A DNA stretch of 32,408 nucleotides from positions 9,241-41,648 of the forward strand of contig CBFGJZ010000013.1 in the NCBI GenBank assembly GCA_965649215.1, given 5' to 3'. Shown here piece by piece: positions 10,262-21,461 of this stretch (its first letter is position 1; each line of letters opens with the position of its first letter). Below the pieces are notes generated by a model. That model saw only the letters and a program-made list of their open reading frames with translations. It was not told the origin of the DNA and made no database searches. Both the position numbers and the translations under genes were made by a program. Source of the DNA: a candidate division WOR-3 bacterium. GTDB taxonomy: Bacteria > Hydrothermota > Tepidihabitantia > Tepidihabitantales > CAIPLT01.

Positions 10262-10916
10262 CGCTTAAAATCTTACCATTTTCTAGATGCACGATTCGTT
10301 TATTGCTGGACTCAGCCATAATATGATCATGGGTCGCCATAATCACAGTTGTACCATTATAATTTATCTCTTTTAAAATATTGAGTATTTCGCTTGAACC
10401 TTTATAATCAATATTACCCGTTGGCTCATCGGCTAAAAGCAAATCAGGGTTTTTGGCAATCGCACGAGCAATAGCAATTTTCTGTTGTTCGCCGCCGGAT
10501 AATTGATAGGGGTAAAAGTCTTTACGATTATACATGCCTACTTTATTTAGAGCGGAAGTTACAATTTCGGGAATTAAAGCAGGACGAATACCGAGTACTT
10601 TAAGGGTAAATTCAATATTTTCATAAACGGTGCGGTCTAGTAAGAGTTTAAAGTCTTGGAAGATAATGCCGATTTTTCTTCGTAAGGCAGTAATGTGCTG
10701 ATCAGTGAAATGTTTGTTTAAATTATAATTTAAAACTTTAAGTGTACCTGAGCTAATTGTATCACCATAATAGATTAAACGTAAAAGTGTACTTTTACCC
10801 GCTCCGGTCGGACCGACTAAAAAAACAAATTCACCTTTGTCAATTTTTAGATTGATATCATAGAGTGCAGTCCAATTATTTTTAAATACTTTCGTAACAT
10901 GGTCAAAAATAATCAT
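10251..10916 (-). CDS. ftsE: Cell division ATP-binding protein FtsE
   Basis: GPTGAGKST, IFQDFKLL, LSGGEQQ, LLADEPTGN; precedes ftsX. Confidence 0.93.
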   Translation of the reverse strand: MIIFDHVTKVFKNNWTALYDINLKIDKGEFVFLVGPTGAGKSTLLRLIYYGDTISSGTLKVLNYNLNKHFTDQHITALRRKIGIIFQDFKLLLDRTVYENIEFTLKVLGIRPALIPEIVTSALNKVGMYNRKDFYPYQLSGGEQQKIAIARAIAKNPDLLLADEPTGNIDYKGSSEILNILKEINYNGTTVIMATHDHIMAESSNKRIVHLENGKILSDGN

Positions 10917-10925
10917 AATTTTATA

Positions 10926-10954
10926 ATTATATTACTTATGATAAGCAATGTCAA
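10926..10954 (-). promoter_or_regulatory. Consensus sigma70 promoter of the ftsE operon
   Basis: Perfect TTGACA-17 nt-TATAAT, 9 nt before the ATG, no SD. Confidence 0.8.
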
Positions 10955-11008
10955 CTTAATGTATTTGGTTTAAATTCATACTTTTTTATTCTTGGTTTTC
11001 GAATTAAG

Positions 11009-11665
11009 CTAAAACCACCATTTGAAAATTTCTTTGATAGCAATCAACGCATCTTTCGGACCGATCTTTTTACCTTCAGTGCGGGCATGATAGTTAATGG
11101 GGACCTCGACAATTCTAATTTTCTTTCTTAAGAGTTTACAGGTAATCTCGGGTTCGATTTCAAAGCGATGTGCGGTCAGTTGTAAATCGAGCATAACGTC
11201 ACGACGAACCATCTTATAACAGGTTTCCATATCTGAAATATGCCCGCCGTACATAAGATTGGTAAGTCCAGTCAAAAAATAATTAGCCAATTTACTCAAA
11301 AATAAAAATTTGCTTTTACCTTTAAAACGAGAGCCAAAAACTGCCCCGATTTTACGGGAACTAAAAGCTCTAATTAATTTAAGATAATCAAATGGGTTAT
11401 ACTCTAAGTCTGCATCTTGTATAATTATCACATCGCCCTGCGCGTGTCTGATACCTGAGCGAATTGCTGAACCTTTGCCTTTATTCTTTTCATGGAGGAT
11501 TAACTTGATATCGGGAATTGCTAGTAATTTATTACGAGTACCATCTTGGGAAAAATCATCAACAACAATAATCTCTTTTTCCACGGGTACTGATTTAACA
11601 GTATTGATTATTTTTTCAATGGAATCGACTTCATTGTAAACAGGGATAATTACTGATAATTTCAT
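11009..11665 (-). CDS. Glycosyltransferase family 2 (DPM1/polyprenol-phosphate glycosyltransferase-like)
   Basis: SVIIPVYNE, VDDFSQDGT, NKGKG, QDADLEY, DMETCYK, FEIEPEIT. Confidence 0.92.
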   Translation of the reverse strand: MKLSVIIPVYNEVDSIEKIINTVKSVPVEKEIIVVDDFSQDGTRNKLLAIPDIKLILHEKNKGKGSAIRSGIRHAQGDVIIIQDADLEYNPFDYLKLIRAFSSRKIGAVFGSRFKGKSKFLFLSKLANYFLTGLTNLMYGGHISDMETCYKMVRRDVMLDLQLTAHRFEIEPEITCKLLRKKIRIVEVPINYHARTEGKKIGPKDALIAIKEIFKWWF

Positions 11666-11676
11666 ATTTGCGGGTT

Positions 11677-11705
11677 ATTATATAAAATCGTATTACCATA
11701 GTCAA
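11677..11705 (-). promoter_or_regulatory. sigma70-type promoter of the GT2 gene
   Basis: TTGACT-17 nt-TATAAT, 11 nt before the ATG. Confidence 0.7.
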
Positions 11706-12070
11706 GTTAGATAATTTAATGTTTATCAGCATCTATTTATTTATCAGCGATATTAACATCATGACGACCGACCATTGGTATTTTTTATTGTAAACTGATT
11801 ATTGACTTATCTTGAATGCTCAACTAACTCTGAATAATTTGTAAGATATCTAAAATACATTAATTATTTTAAGACATTAAACTATTATTTAGTTTTTAAA
11901 AGTATGAGTGACTTATTTAAGAGTGTCTTTTCGAAATAAACATAAAGTATAGTAAGTGATTGATTGTAAATTAAAAAAGTAAGATATTGTGAGTAGTTAC
12001 AAGTTATTTGATTTACAAATTAAAAGAAGATACTGTTATTATGGATGTTCTCTCCAAAGTGTTTTTTCTA

Positions 12071-12098
12071 TTTACATATTTTGAAATATGTTTATAAT
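12071..12098 (+). promoter_or_regulatory. sigma70-type promoter of the patatin/mutase operon
   Basis: TTTACA-16 nt-TATAAT, 6 nt before ATG 12105. Confidence 0.6.
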
Positions 12099-12104
12099 GA
12101 GTTA

Positions 12105-14285
12105 ATGAGATTTGCGCTACTCTCTTTTCTCCTATGCGCTTTGGTTTTAGGAGAATCGAATGTAGAGAGTGAACCAACAATAAGGATTGGTCTGGCATTA
12201 TCAGGTGGTGGTGCCTTAGGAATTGCTCATGTCGGTGTTTTAAAAGTTTTGGAAGAGGAAAATATTACAATTAGTTATATTGTTGGTAATAGTATGGGAG
12301 CTTTAATTGGTGGGTTATATGCAGCTGGTTATCACGCAACCAAAATCGAAAGTATTCTGTTAAGTGTTAATTGGGAAAATTTGTTTAGTTCACAAATACC
12401 TTTTGGTGCTCAGTATTTACTAGATCGACAGCAAAAACAGCGATATATTTTTTATTTACAGCATCGTAATTTTGTTCCATTTTTACCAAGTGGAGTGGCG
12501 ATGATTCAAAATGCTGAGTTCTTATTGATGCGGCTTTTATCAGCGATTGAGTATGATACAGATTATGATTTTGACTCTTTAGTGATTCCTTATCGGAACA
12601 TTGCAGTAGATTTACAATCAGGTAAAAGAATTATTTTTAACAAAGGCCGTTTAGCTCAAACCATCCGTGCAAGTATTGCTGTGCCCGGTGTTTTTGCACC
12701 GATTAAAATCGGAGAGTATGAGTTAATTGATGGTGGAATAATTTCTAATTTGCCCGTTGATCTTTTAGAGGAATTTAACCCTGACTTGAAAATAGCTTCG
12801 CTGACAAGTAGAAAGAATCAAATCGAAAGTGGTTCAGTTATTGATGTAATTTTACAGAGTATAAATCTAATTGCGATTGATGATTGGGAAAGACAAAAAC
12901 AAAAGGCAGATTTACGGATCGAGCCAAATGTGGAAAGTTTTAAAAATTCTGATTTTCACAAAGCAAAAGAACTAATTAAAGCAGGTGAGGTTGCAACAAA
13001 AGCAATATTACCCGAACTTAAGTCAAAGATTAAAAATAGAAAGATTGCTAATTTGCGTAAAAAGATAATCAAACGCGACTTAGCATTAATACGATCAATT
13101 ACTTTTGAGGGATTAGAAAGCGTAAATGAGAACATTATTACACAAAGAATGCATCTTCATAAAGGCGATAAATTAAATTTTGAAAAATTGATTGATGACT
13201 TAACCAATATCTACTATTTAAATCTGTTTGATCATGTCGATTATGATGTGCGATTTAACAAAGATAAAGATTCAGTAGATTTAGTAATAAAATTACACGA
13301 AAAAGCTCAAGGATTTTATGCTTTGGGTATGCGCTATGACAGTTTTGATGGTGCAATTTTTGGTTTAAAAGTAGGACAAGGAAATATCAAAAATTCGTGT
13401 GCTGAGATAAGTGCAACATTTTTGTTTGGTAATGATAGAGAAATTCGATTGAGCATACATAATACTCGATTATATGCATTGCCGATCGGATATCGAGTAG
13501 ATGGATATTGGCGAACAACAAAAGGAATATTTAATGATATATCTACAATAGGAGGTAATTTGTATAAGTTCGAAATGCTAGGGGGAGAGGTTGTAACTGA
13601 CTATATTTTGGGTAAAAATGCGTTTTTTAATATTGGTCTGATTGGATATCAAACCAAATATGAACATAGACAAAACCAAGAAGTTATCATCGTACCAATG
13701 TTTGGGGTTGTATATAATAATCTTAACGATCTTTATTTGCCAAATCGTGGTATGAATCATAAATTCAATGTTTTTTATGCGGCCACACAACTTAGGACGG
13801 ATTCTAACTTTTGGAAAGCAAGATATGTTTCTGAATATATCATACCTTTTACAAGTAGATTTACGATGCATCCGAAATTCGAAATTGCATTATCAAATGG
13901 TTATTTAACATACCCGGAAAAATTTAAATATGGGGGATTGAATTTCCTGGGATTTGATAAATTTGAGTTTGTAACGAATCAGGCATTAATAATCAGTAAT
14001 AGTTTTGATTTAATGCTTTTTGAGTTATTTAACTTATCTCGTTATCCATTTTATCTATCTATCTTTACTAATTTAGCGACTTTTGATAAAATTAGTGAAT
14101 TGATTGATAATATTAACTTCAAAGAAAAGTTTTATTGGTCGTTTGGGATTGGGATTAAAACAAATACCCCAATTGGTCCTATGCAATTTGCTTTTAGTTT
14201 GTCCGATTTTAATAAATACTCAGAAAATCGAAAACCACAATTATCATTAAGTATAGGGAGAGAGCTTAGATATCTTGATGGATAA
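12105..14285 (+). CDS. Patatin-like phospholipase with POTRA domain and Omp85-type beta-barrel (PlpD/type Vd-like)
   Basis: Signal peptide MRFALLSFLLCALVLG (start 12105 preferred over 12045); SGGGALG, GNSMG and DGG patatin motifs; POTRA-like segment (ITFEGL...LFDHVDY); aromatic beta-strand C-terminus with TPIGP. Confidence 0.85.
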   Translation: MRFALLSFLLCALVLGESNVESEPTIRIGLALSGGGALGIAHVGVLKVLEEENITISYIVGNSMGALIGGLYAAGYHATKIESILLSVNWENLFSSQIPFGAQYLLDRQQKQRYIFYLQHRNFVPFLPSGVAMIQNAEFLLMRLLSAIEYDTDYDFDSLVIPYRNIAVDLQSGKRIIFNKGRLAQTIRASIAVPGVFAPIKIGEYELIDGGIISNLPVDLLEEFNPDLKIASLTSRKNQIESGSVIDVILQSINLIAIDDWERQKQKADLRIEPNVESFKNSDFHKAKELIKAGEVATKAILPELKSKIKNRKIANLRKKIIKRDLALIRSITFEGLESVNENIITQRMHLHKGDKLNFEKLIDDLTNIYYLNLFDHVDYDVRFNKDKDSVDLVIKLHEKAQGFYALGMRYDSFDGAIFGLKVGQGNIKNSCAEISATFLFGNDREIRLSIHNTRLYALPIGYRVDGYWRTTKGIFNDISTIGGNLYKFEMLGGEVVTDYILGKNAFFNIGLIGYQTKYEHRQNQEVIIVPMFGVVYNNLNDLYLPNRGMNHKFNVFYAATQLRTDSNFWKARYVSEYIIPFTSRFTMHPKFEIALSNGYLTYPEKFKYGGLNFLGFDKFEFVTNQALIISNSFDLMLFELFNLSRYPFYLSIFTNLATFDKISELIDNINFKEKFYWSFGIGIKTNTPIGPMQFAFSLSDFNKYSENRKPQLSLSIGRELRYLDG

Positions 14286-14293
14286 TAAAAATT

Positions 14294-14800
14294 ATGTTAA
14301 TTCTTGATTGGTTAATAATAATAATCGCGGCTGGTATTATTGTTGTTCAAACTGCCCGCAGTATTAAAGATTTTGAATATGTATTTTTTGAGATGTTGGG
14401 ATTATTGTTAGCAGCATATTTAGTTACGAAATACTATTATCCTTTATCTTTAAAAACCACAACTAACCCCGCGCTTACTTTATTGGTATTCTATTTGGTT
14501 TGTCTGTTTGTAATGATTATTGTTGCTGATCTTATTGCGAATAAATTACAATTTTCTTTAGCACCGTTTGATCCTTATTTAGGATTTATATTAGCAGTAA
14601 TTAGTGCATGGTCGATATTATATATTTTGCTAAATGTCGTAAAAATTGCTTTCCCCAATGGTTTGATTCTAAAACTAATTGGTAAAGAGATAATAATTTT
14701 TGATATCTGGGATAATTCGCCATTAGCAAATGAAATCTTAAATTTTAATTCATTTAAAGCAGTGGCTAATTTTTTAAACCGAGTTAAATTAAGCGAATGA
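14294..14800 (+). CDS. Membrane protein, CvpA-like
   Basis: Four TM helices, N-terminal ILDWLIIII, DxxLG motif and SPLA near the C-terminus. Confidence 0.55.
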   Translation: MLILDWLIIIIAAGIIVVQTARSIKDFEYVFFEMLGLLLAAYLVTKYYYPLSLKTTTNPALTLLVFYLVCLFVMIIVADLIANKLQFSLAPFDPYLGFILAVISAWSILYILLNVVKIAFPNGLILKLIGKEIIIFDIWDNSPLANEILNFNSFKAVANFLNRVKLSE

Positions 14801-15306
14801 TACATATTTACACGGGTAATGGCAAAGGCAAGACGACCGCAGCAATCGGTCAGGCGATAAGAGCTTTAGGACATAATTATAAAGTGCTGATGATTCAATT
14901 TATGAAAGGCGATCCCGATTACGGGGAAATTAAAACAATCAGCAAAATAAAGAATTTTAAGGTAATTCAGTCAGGACTACCAACATTTGTAGAAAAAGGT
15001 AATCCTACCACAGAGGATATGAAACTCTCCCAAAATGGATTTGCGTTGGCTAAGAAAGCGATCAACAAGAAGAAATACCAAATGATAATTTTAGATGAGA
15101 TAAATGTAGCAATTGATTATGGATTAATTAAATTGTCTGATGTAGTAAAACTTATTAAGAGCTGTCCTAAACAAATTGAACTCATCTTAACTGGTCGCTA
15201 TGCACCTAAAGAACTAATAGAAATAGCAGATTTAGTTAGTGAAATAAAAGAAATAAAACATCCCTATCAAAAGGGATTTGTATCCAGAAAGGGAATAGAT
15301 TATTAA
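14797..15306 (+). CDS. cobO: Cob(I)alamin adenosyltransferase (CobO/BtuR/CobA type)
   Basis: YTGNGKGKTTAA, QFMKG, ILDEIN, LTGR, KHPY...GIDY. Confidence 0.95.
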   Translation: MIHIYTGNGKGKTTAAIGQAIRALGHNYKVLMIQFMKGDPDYGEIKTISKIKNFKVIQSGLPTFVEKGNPTTEDMKLSQNGFALAKKAINKKKYQMIILDEINVAIDYGLIKLSDVVKLIKSCPKQIELILTGRYAPKELIEIADLVSEIKEIKHPYQKGFVSRKGIDY

Positions 15307-15325
15307 AATTAAAACTGCTACAAAT

Positions 15326-16276
15326 ATGATAAATCAACTTATAAAAGATTTTATTAAGAAAGATGAACGGGCTTTAAGTCAGTTAATGACGATCGTTGAG
15401 AATAATGGAGAAGATGCTAAAACAATTTTGAATCGACTTTATCCAAAGCTACCTCGAGCTTGGCGTATTGGTATTACTGGACCACCAGGAGCAGGCAAAA
15501 GCACTTTAGTTGAAAAATTAGCAACGGAATGTGTTAAACATAAATTAACAGTCGGTATTGTCTGTATTGACCCAACCTCGCCATTCAGCGGTGGTGCAAT
15601 TTTAGGCGATCGAGTGCGAATGTCGTCATTATTTTTAGACCCGAAAGTTTTTATTCGTAGTATGGCAACTCGTGGTAGTTTAGGTGGAATTGCCAAGGCA
15701 ACGAAACAACTTTGTGATTTATTAGATGCGTTTGGCAAAGATATTATTATCATTGAAACAATTGGTGTGGGACAAGTTGAATTAGATGTAGCTGGTATCG
15801 CATATACAACGATTGTTGTTTTAGTGCCAGAAGCCGGTGATGCAATTCAAACAATGAAAGCAGGACTAATGGAAATTGCTGATATTTTTGTAGTGAATAA
15901 ATCAGATCGTGAGGGGGCTGACAAATTAGTTATGGAAATCCAATCAATATTAGAAATGCAGGAATTTGTACGCGTACCACCTGTGCTTAAGACAATTGGC
16001 ACTGAGGGAATTGGTATCACAGAATTGTATAAAAATATTCTTGACCATCGCAGTTATTTGGAAAATAGCCAAAAAATAAAAGAACGCTGGCAAGTTATCA
16101 TCAATAACGAAATTAAGGAGTTAGTGCAAGAAGAGGTTGATAAGCAAATCTGGCAGAATTCGAAAATAAGACTTGAATTAGCTAATTTTATTGATAAAAT
16201 AATTGAAGGTAATGAAACACCTTTTAATGCTGCAGATAGAATTATAAAGATGTGGAGTCAAATAAGGAGGAAATAG
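15326..16276 (+). CDS. meaB: Acyl-CoA mutase-associated GTPase chaperone MeaB/ArgK
   Basis: [41 protein letters not shown]. Confidence 0.95.
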   Translation: MINQLIKDFIKKDERALSQLMTIVENNGEDAKTILNRLYPKLPRAWRIGITGPPGAGKSTLVEKLATECVKHKLTVGIVCIDPTSPFSGGAILGDRVRMSSLFLDPKVFIRSMATRGSLGGIAKATKQLCDLLDAFGKDIIIIETIGVGQVELDVAGIAYTTIVVLVPEAGDAIQTMKAGLMEIADIFVVNKSDREGADKLVMEIQSILEMQEFVRVPPVLKTIGTEGIGITELYKNILDHRSYLENSQKIKERWQVIINNEIKELVQEEVDKQIWQNSKIRLELANFIDKIIEGNETPFNAADRIIKMWSQIRRK

Positions 16277-17883
16277 TGAAGCAAAAAGGTAATCAATTGA
16301 TAACTGATAAAACAATCTCCGGCATACCTATAAAAATCGTATATGTTCCTGCTGATATTAAAGATTTAGATTATGAACAGGATTTAGGTATGCCTGGCCA
16401 TTTTCCATTTACCCGAGGAATTCGAGAAACGATGTATCGTGGACGATTATGGACAATGCGTCAGTTCTCAGGTTTTGGTACGGCGAAAGATACAAATAAA
16501 CGCTACAAATTTCTTTTATCTCATGGGGAAACAGGTTTATCAGTTGCTTTTGATTTTCCTACTCTCTATGGTCGAGACTCGGATGACCCCTTGAGTGAAG
16601 GTGAAGTTGGTAAATGTGGTGTGGCGATATCTTCATTGGCAGATATGGAAACATTATTTGATGGTATTCCTATGGGTGAAGTATCAACTTCAATGACAAT
16701 TAATGGGCCGGCTGCAGTAATCTGGGCATTTTATATTGCGGCTGCTGAAAATCAGGGTGTGAAATCACAGGTTTTACGCGGAACAATTCAAAATGATATT
16801 TTAAAAGAATATATTGCTCAAAAATCATGGTTATTTCCACCGCAACCATCAATGCGGATTATTACCGATATTATGGCGTTTGCAGCAAAAGAAGTACCAA
16901 AATGGAATACAATCTCAATCAGTGGTTATCATATTCGCGAAGCTGGTTCAACTGCAGTACAAGAACTTGCCTTTACATTAAAAGACGGGCTTACTTATGT
17001 TGAAGAAGGTATTAAAGCTGGTTTAGATGTTGATGTATTTGCACCTCGTCTTTCTTTTTTCTTTAATTCGCATTTAGATTTTTTTGAAGAGATTGCTAAA
17101 TATCGTGCAGCCCGAAGAATTTGGGCAAGAGAAATGAGAAATACTTATAAAGCTAAAAAGCCTGAATCATGGTTACTTCGATTCCACACTCAAACTGCAG
17201 GATGTACTTTAACCGCCCAGCAACCTGAAAATAATATTGTTCGAACCGCATTTCAAGCATTAGCCGCAGTTTTAGGTGGCACCCAAAGTTTGCATACTAA
17301 TTCGATGGATGAAACTTGGGCGTTACCTACAGAAAAAGCAGTTTTGATTGCCCTACGAACTCAACAACTAATTGCATATGAAACCAATGTTGCTAATGTG
17401 ATTGACCCATTAGGTGGTTCATATTATCTCGAAGCACTTACAAACAAAATGGAAGAAGAAGCATATCAATATTTTGAAAAGATCGATAAAATGGGCGGTA
17501 TGATTAAAGCAATTGAAAATGGTTATCCACAACGAGAAATTGCCAATGCTGCTTATCAGTACCAACAAGCAGTGGAAAAAAAGCAAAGAATAATTGTTGG
17601 TGTTAATGATTTTGTTGTCCAGGGTGAGAAATTAGAAATCCCGATACTAAAGATTGATCATCGCGTAGCCGAAGAACAACATAAACGATTAAAAATGTTA
17701 AGAAAAAAACGGGATAATAATAAAGTTAAAAAAGCTTTAAAAGAATTGAAACATGTGGCACAAACTAAAGAAAATATTATGTATCCGATCTTAGAAGCAG
17801 CTAAAGCTTATGCGACTTTAGGTGAAATTTGCGGAACTTTAAAAGAAGTGTTTGGTGTTTATAAAGAACCACCGATGTTTTAA
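16276..17883 (+). CDS. icmA: AdoCbl-dependent acyl-CoA mutase large subunit, isobutyryl-CoA mutase type
   Basis: MCM-family motifs (WTMRQxx[25 protein letters not shown]). It has RQF and IAQK where MCM has RQY and Arg. The start is probably GTG 16276, after AAGGAGG. Confidence 0.8.
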   Translation: MKQKGNQLITDKTISGIPIKIVYVPADIKDLDYEQDLGMPGHFPFTRGIRETMYRGRLWTMRQFSGFGTAKDTNKRYKFLLSHGETGLSVAFDFPTLYGRDSDDPLSEGEVGKCGVAISSLADMETLFDGIPMGEVSTSMTINGPAAVIWAFYIAAAENQGVKSQVLRGTIQNDILKEYIAQKSWLFPPQPSMRIITDIMAFAAKEVPKWNTISISGYHIREAGSTAVQELAFTLKDGLTYVEEGIKAGLDVDVFAPRLSFFFNSHLDFFEEIAKYRAARRIWAREMRNTYKAKKPESWLLRFHTQTAGCTLTAQQPENNIVRTAFQALAAVLGGTQSLHTNSMDETWALPTEKAVLIALRTQQLIAYETNVANVIDPLGGSYYLEALTNKMEEEAYQYFEKIDKMGGMIKAIENGYPQREIANAAYQYQQAVEKKQRIIVGVNDFVVQGEKLEIPILKIDHRVAEEQHKRLKMLRKKRDNNKVKKALKELKHVAQTKENIMYPILEAAKAYATLGEICGTLKEVFGVYKEPPMF

Positions 17884-17899
17884 TTTTAAGGAGGATAGA

Positions 17900-18313
17900 A
17901 TGAACAAAAAGTTAAGGATATTGATTGCCAAACCCGGGTTAGACGGTCATGATCGTGGCGCCAAAGTTGTTGCGCGGGCATTACGTGATGCTGGTTTTGA
18001 GGTCATTTATACCGGTCTACACCAGACCCCAGAAATGATTGTAAATACTGCAATTCAAGAGGATGTTGATGCAATTGGATTATCAATTCTATCCGGTGCT
18101 CATATGACAATTTTTCCTAATGTTTTGAAGTTACTTAAGAAAAAAAGAGCAAGTGATATTCTACTTTTTGGAGGTGGTATAATTCCTGAAGAAGATAAAA
18201 AAGCTTTATATAAATTAGGAGTTGGCAAGTTATTTGGACCTGGTACAGATACTGCCGAAATCGTTGATTATTTAAACAAGTACTTCAAATTAAATAGCGG
18301 AGCAAAACAATGA
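17900..18313 (+). CDS. icmB: Acyl-CoA mutase small (cobalamin-binding) subunit
   Basis: GLDGHDRG (DxHxxG), GLSILSG, GGGII. Start ATG 17900 follows AAGGAGG. Confidence 0.85.
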   Translation: MNKKLRILIAKPGLDGHDRGAKVVARALRDAGFEVIYTGLHQTPEMIVNTAIQEDVDAIGLSILSGAHMTIFPNVLKLLKKKRASDILLFGGGIIPEEDKKALYKLGVGKLFGPGTDTAEIVDYLNKYFKLNSGAKQ

Positions 18314-19860
18314 AAATGGATGAGGGTATTAAACGATTGCAAAAGTTAAAAGAACAAGCCAAATTAGGGGGAGGACAAGACCGAATTGACAAACAGCACG
18401 AATCAGGCAAACTAACTGCACGAGAACGACTTGATATTTTACTTGACGAAGGCAGTTTTCAAGAATTCGATGCCTTTGTAACCCATCGCATCTATGATTT
18501 TGGTATGCAGAATAAAAAAATATTGGGCGATGGAGTTGTGACCGGAGTTGGTAAAATTGAAGGTCGTGATGTCGCTGTTTTTTCTCATGACTTTACTGCT
18601 TTTGGTGGTACCTTATCCGAAACATTTGGTTTGAAAGTTATGAAGATTATGGATTTAGCAATGAAATTGGGTATTCCTATAATTGGTCTTAATGATTCGG
18701 GTGGTGCTCGTATACAAGAAGGAGTGGTTAGTTTAGCAGCTTATGCTGAAATATTTTGGCGGAATACTCAAGCATCGGGTGTAATTCCGCAAATCTCAGC
18801 AATTATGGGACCTTGTGCTGGTGGTGCAGTCTATTCGCCAGCTTTAACTGATTTTATCTTTATGGTAAAAAATACTAGTTATATGTTCATTACTGGTCCT
18901 GAAGTTGTCAAAACTGTTACTCATGAACAAGTTAGTTTTGAACAATTAGGTGGTGCTCAAATTCATGCTTCAAAATCTGGTGTTGCCCATTTTGTTAGTG
19001 AAGATGATAAAGATTGTCTCTTGAGTGTTCGTAACCTAATGTCTTATTTACCGTTGAACAATTTAGATGAACCACCATTGATTGACAGTGATGATGATCC
19101 GAATCGAGAAGATGAAGAACTAAATAGGATAATTCCAGATGACCCGAATAAACCTTATCAGATGAAAGATGTCATTTTACATATTGTTGATTACGATTCG
19201 TTTTTGGAAGTTCATAAAGATTATGCTCCTAATATCATTGTCGGATTTGCTCGATTAGACGGACGAGTTGTCGGCATTATTGCTCAGGAACCATCGATAA
19301 TGGCAGGTGTTTTAGATATTGATGCTTCGCTTAAGGGCGGACGATTTATCCGTTTTTGCGATGCTTTTAATATTCCAATAATTACATTTGAAGATGTCCC
19401 AGGTTTTCTACCAGGTACTGTTCAAGAACACGGTGGTATTATAAAACATGGCGCAAAACTATTATATGCATATTGCGAAGCAACTGTACCCAAAATAACA
19501 ATCATTACTCGTAAATCATATGGCGGTGCTTATTGTGTCTTAGGTTCCAAACAAGTACGAGCGGATATTAATTTAGCATGGCCCACTGCAGAACTTGCGG
19601 TAATGGGACCCGAAGGCGCAGTTAATATAATCTATCGTAAAGAAATAAACGAGGCTGAAGATCCCCAAGCATTGCGTCAAAAATTAATTGATGAGTATCG
19701 GGATAAGTTTGCTAATCCTTATGTAGCTGCAAGTCGTGGTTATGTTGATGATGTCATTGAACCTAAAACAACACGCCGCGAACTAATTAAATATTTAAAA
19801 TTATTAGATACGAAACGGGATAAATTGCCACCCAAAAAGCATGGTAATATTCCGTTATAA
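18310..19860 (+). CDS. Acyl-CoA carboxylase/decarboxylase carboxyltransferase subunit (PccB/MmdA family)
   Basis: [43 protein letters not shown]. Confidence 0.93.
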   Translation: MKMDEGIKRLQKLKEQAKLGGGQDRIDKQHESGKLTARERLDILLDEGSFQEFDAFVTHRIYDFGMQNKKILGDGVVTGVGKIEGRDVAVFSHDFTAFGGTLSETFGLKVMKIMDLAMKLGIPIIGLNDSGGARIQEGVVSLAAYAEIFWRNTQASGVIPQISAIMGPCAGGAVYSPALTDFIFMVKNTSYMFITGPEVVKTVTHEQVSFEQLGGAQIHASKSGVAHFVSEDDKDCLLSVRNLMSYLPLNNLDEPPLIDSDDDPNREDEELNRIIPDDPNKPYQMKDVILHIVDYDSFLEVHKDYAPNIIVGFARLDGRVVGIIAQEPSIMAGVLDIDASLKGGRFIRFCDAFNIPIITFEDVPGFLPGTVQEHGGIIKHGAKLLYAYCEATVPKITIITRKSYGGAYCVLGSKQVRADINLAWPTAELAVMGPEGAVNIIYRKEINEAEDPQALRQKLIDEYRDKFANPYVAASRGYVDDVIEPKTTRRELIKYLKLLDTKRDKLPPKKHGNIPL

Positions 19861-19890
19861 TATAAAAATTTGATAAGATAAGGAGAAACT

Positions 19891-21381
19891 ATGGCAAAAA
19901 TATACAAAAATTTTATCAATGGTAAATATCTTCCATCAAGTTCGGGTAAAACTTATAAGAACTTAAATCCTGCTAACACCGATGATGTGGTTGGTATTTT
20001 CCCACTATCCGAAAGCGAAGATGTTAATAAAGCAGTTAGGGCTGCTAAAAATGCCTATGAAAAATGGCGTAAAGTACCAGCACCACAACGGGGTGAAATT
20101 ATTCGCAAAGCAACGGAAATTCTTATTAAACGAAAAGAAGAGTTAGCGCGTATTATGACACGAGAAATGGGTAAAGTTTTAAAAGAAACTCGCGGTGATG
20201 TTCAAGAAGCAATCGATACCGGACTTTATGCTGCGGGCGAAGGTAGAAGGCTATTTTCTTATACGGTGCCTTCGGAATTAAGAAATAAAATGGCATTTGT
20301 AATTCGCCGGCCAATGGGTGTATGGGGAGTTATTTCGCCGTGGAACTTTCCCATGGCAATTCCATCTTGGAAGATCTTTCCTGCATTGTTATGTGGTAAT
20401 ACAGTTGTTTTTAAACCAGCGACTGATACTCCAGCCAGCGCCGGTGAATTTGTTGATGCTTTAGTTGAAGCAGGTATTCCCGATGGCGTTGTTAACATTA
20501 TTTATGGTTCTGGAAGTAAAGTTGGAGAAGCTCTGTTACATCATCCTGATATTTGTGGCATAACCTTTACTGGTTCGTCTCAAATTGGAAAAAGAATTGC
20601 AGAAGTATGCGGTAAGACTTTGAAAAGGTGTTCTTTAGAGTTAGGTGGTAAAAATGCTCAAATTGTAATGGATGACGCAGATTTAGATTTAGCTTTAGAT
20701 GGAGTGCTTTGGGGTGCGTTTGGTACAACTGGTCAACGCTGTACAGCTACCTCGCGTTTAATATTACACGAAAAGGTTTATGATAAGTTTTTAGCGATGT
20801 TAAAAAAACGTACTGAACAGTTAAAGGTAGGAGATGGATTGGACGAAAAAAACGAAGTCGGTCCTTGTGTTTCTGAAGCACAAAGACAAACTGTTCATAG
20901 TTATGTTGAGATTGGTCTCAAAGAGGGTGCAAAATTGTTATGTGGTGGTGAACCATTAACAAAAGGTAAATACGCTAAAGGATTTTTCTATAAACCAACT
21001 ATCTTTGTCGATGTGATACCCGAGATGCGAATTGCTAAAGAGGAAATTTTTGGACCTGTCCTTTCAGTTTTAAAGGTTAAAAATTTGACTGAAGCAATTA
21101 AAGTTTTAAACAACACTCAATATGGTCTATCTTCTTCAATCTATACGAAAGATGTTAATAATGCTTTTAAAGCCATAGAAGATATTGAAGCGGGAATTAC
21201 TTATATCAATGCTCCGACAATTGGTGCAGAATGTCATTTACCATTTGGTGGTGTTAAAGAGACTGGGAATGGACATCGTGAAGGTGGTTGGACGGTATTT
21301 GAAATCTTCTCTGAACTCAAAACCGTGTATGTTGACTATTCAGGTTCGCTTCAAAAGGCGCAGATAGATACCTGGGACTAA
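19891..21381 (+). CDS. NAD(P)-dependent aldehyde dehydrogenase
   Basis: PWNFP, FTGS, LELGGKN, GQRCTA, EEIFGP, PFGG; AAGGAG SD. Confidence 0.95.
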   Translation: MAKIYKNFINGKYLPSSSGKTYKNLNPANTDDVVGIFPLSESEDVNKAVRAAKNAYEKWRKVPAPQRGEIIRKATEILIKRKEELARIMTREMGKVLKETRGDVQEAIDTGLYAAGEGRRLFSYTVPSELRNKMAFVIRRPMGVWGVISPWNFPMAIPSWKIFPALLCGNTVVFKPATDTPASAGEFVDALVEAGIPDGVVNIIYGSGSKVGEALLHHPDICGITFTGSSQIGKRIAEVCGKTLKRCSLELGGKNAQIVMDDADLDLALDGVLWGAFGTTGQRCTATSRLILHEKVYDKFLAMLKKRTEQLKVGDGLDEKNEVGPCVSEAQRQTVHSYVEIGLKEGAKLLCGGEPLTKGKYAKGFFYKPTIFVDVIPEMRIAKEEIFGPVLSVLKVKNLTEAIKVLNNTQYGLSSSIYTKDVNNAFKAIEDIEAGITYINAPTIGAECHLPFGGVKETGNGHREGGWTVFEIFSELKTVYVDYSGSLQKAQIDTWD

Positions 21382-21461
21382 AGAAAATATTAAATATTAA
21401 AAATTAAAATAAAAAAAGATTGTTATAAATTAAGCGGCGTAATAGGTTTCGTTCTGCCCAT

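Noticed and set aside
16276-17883. Annotation as a true methylmalonyl-CoA mutase
   Set aside because: It lacks the Tyr/Arg carboxylate-binding pair and has Phe/Gln instead.
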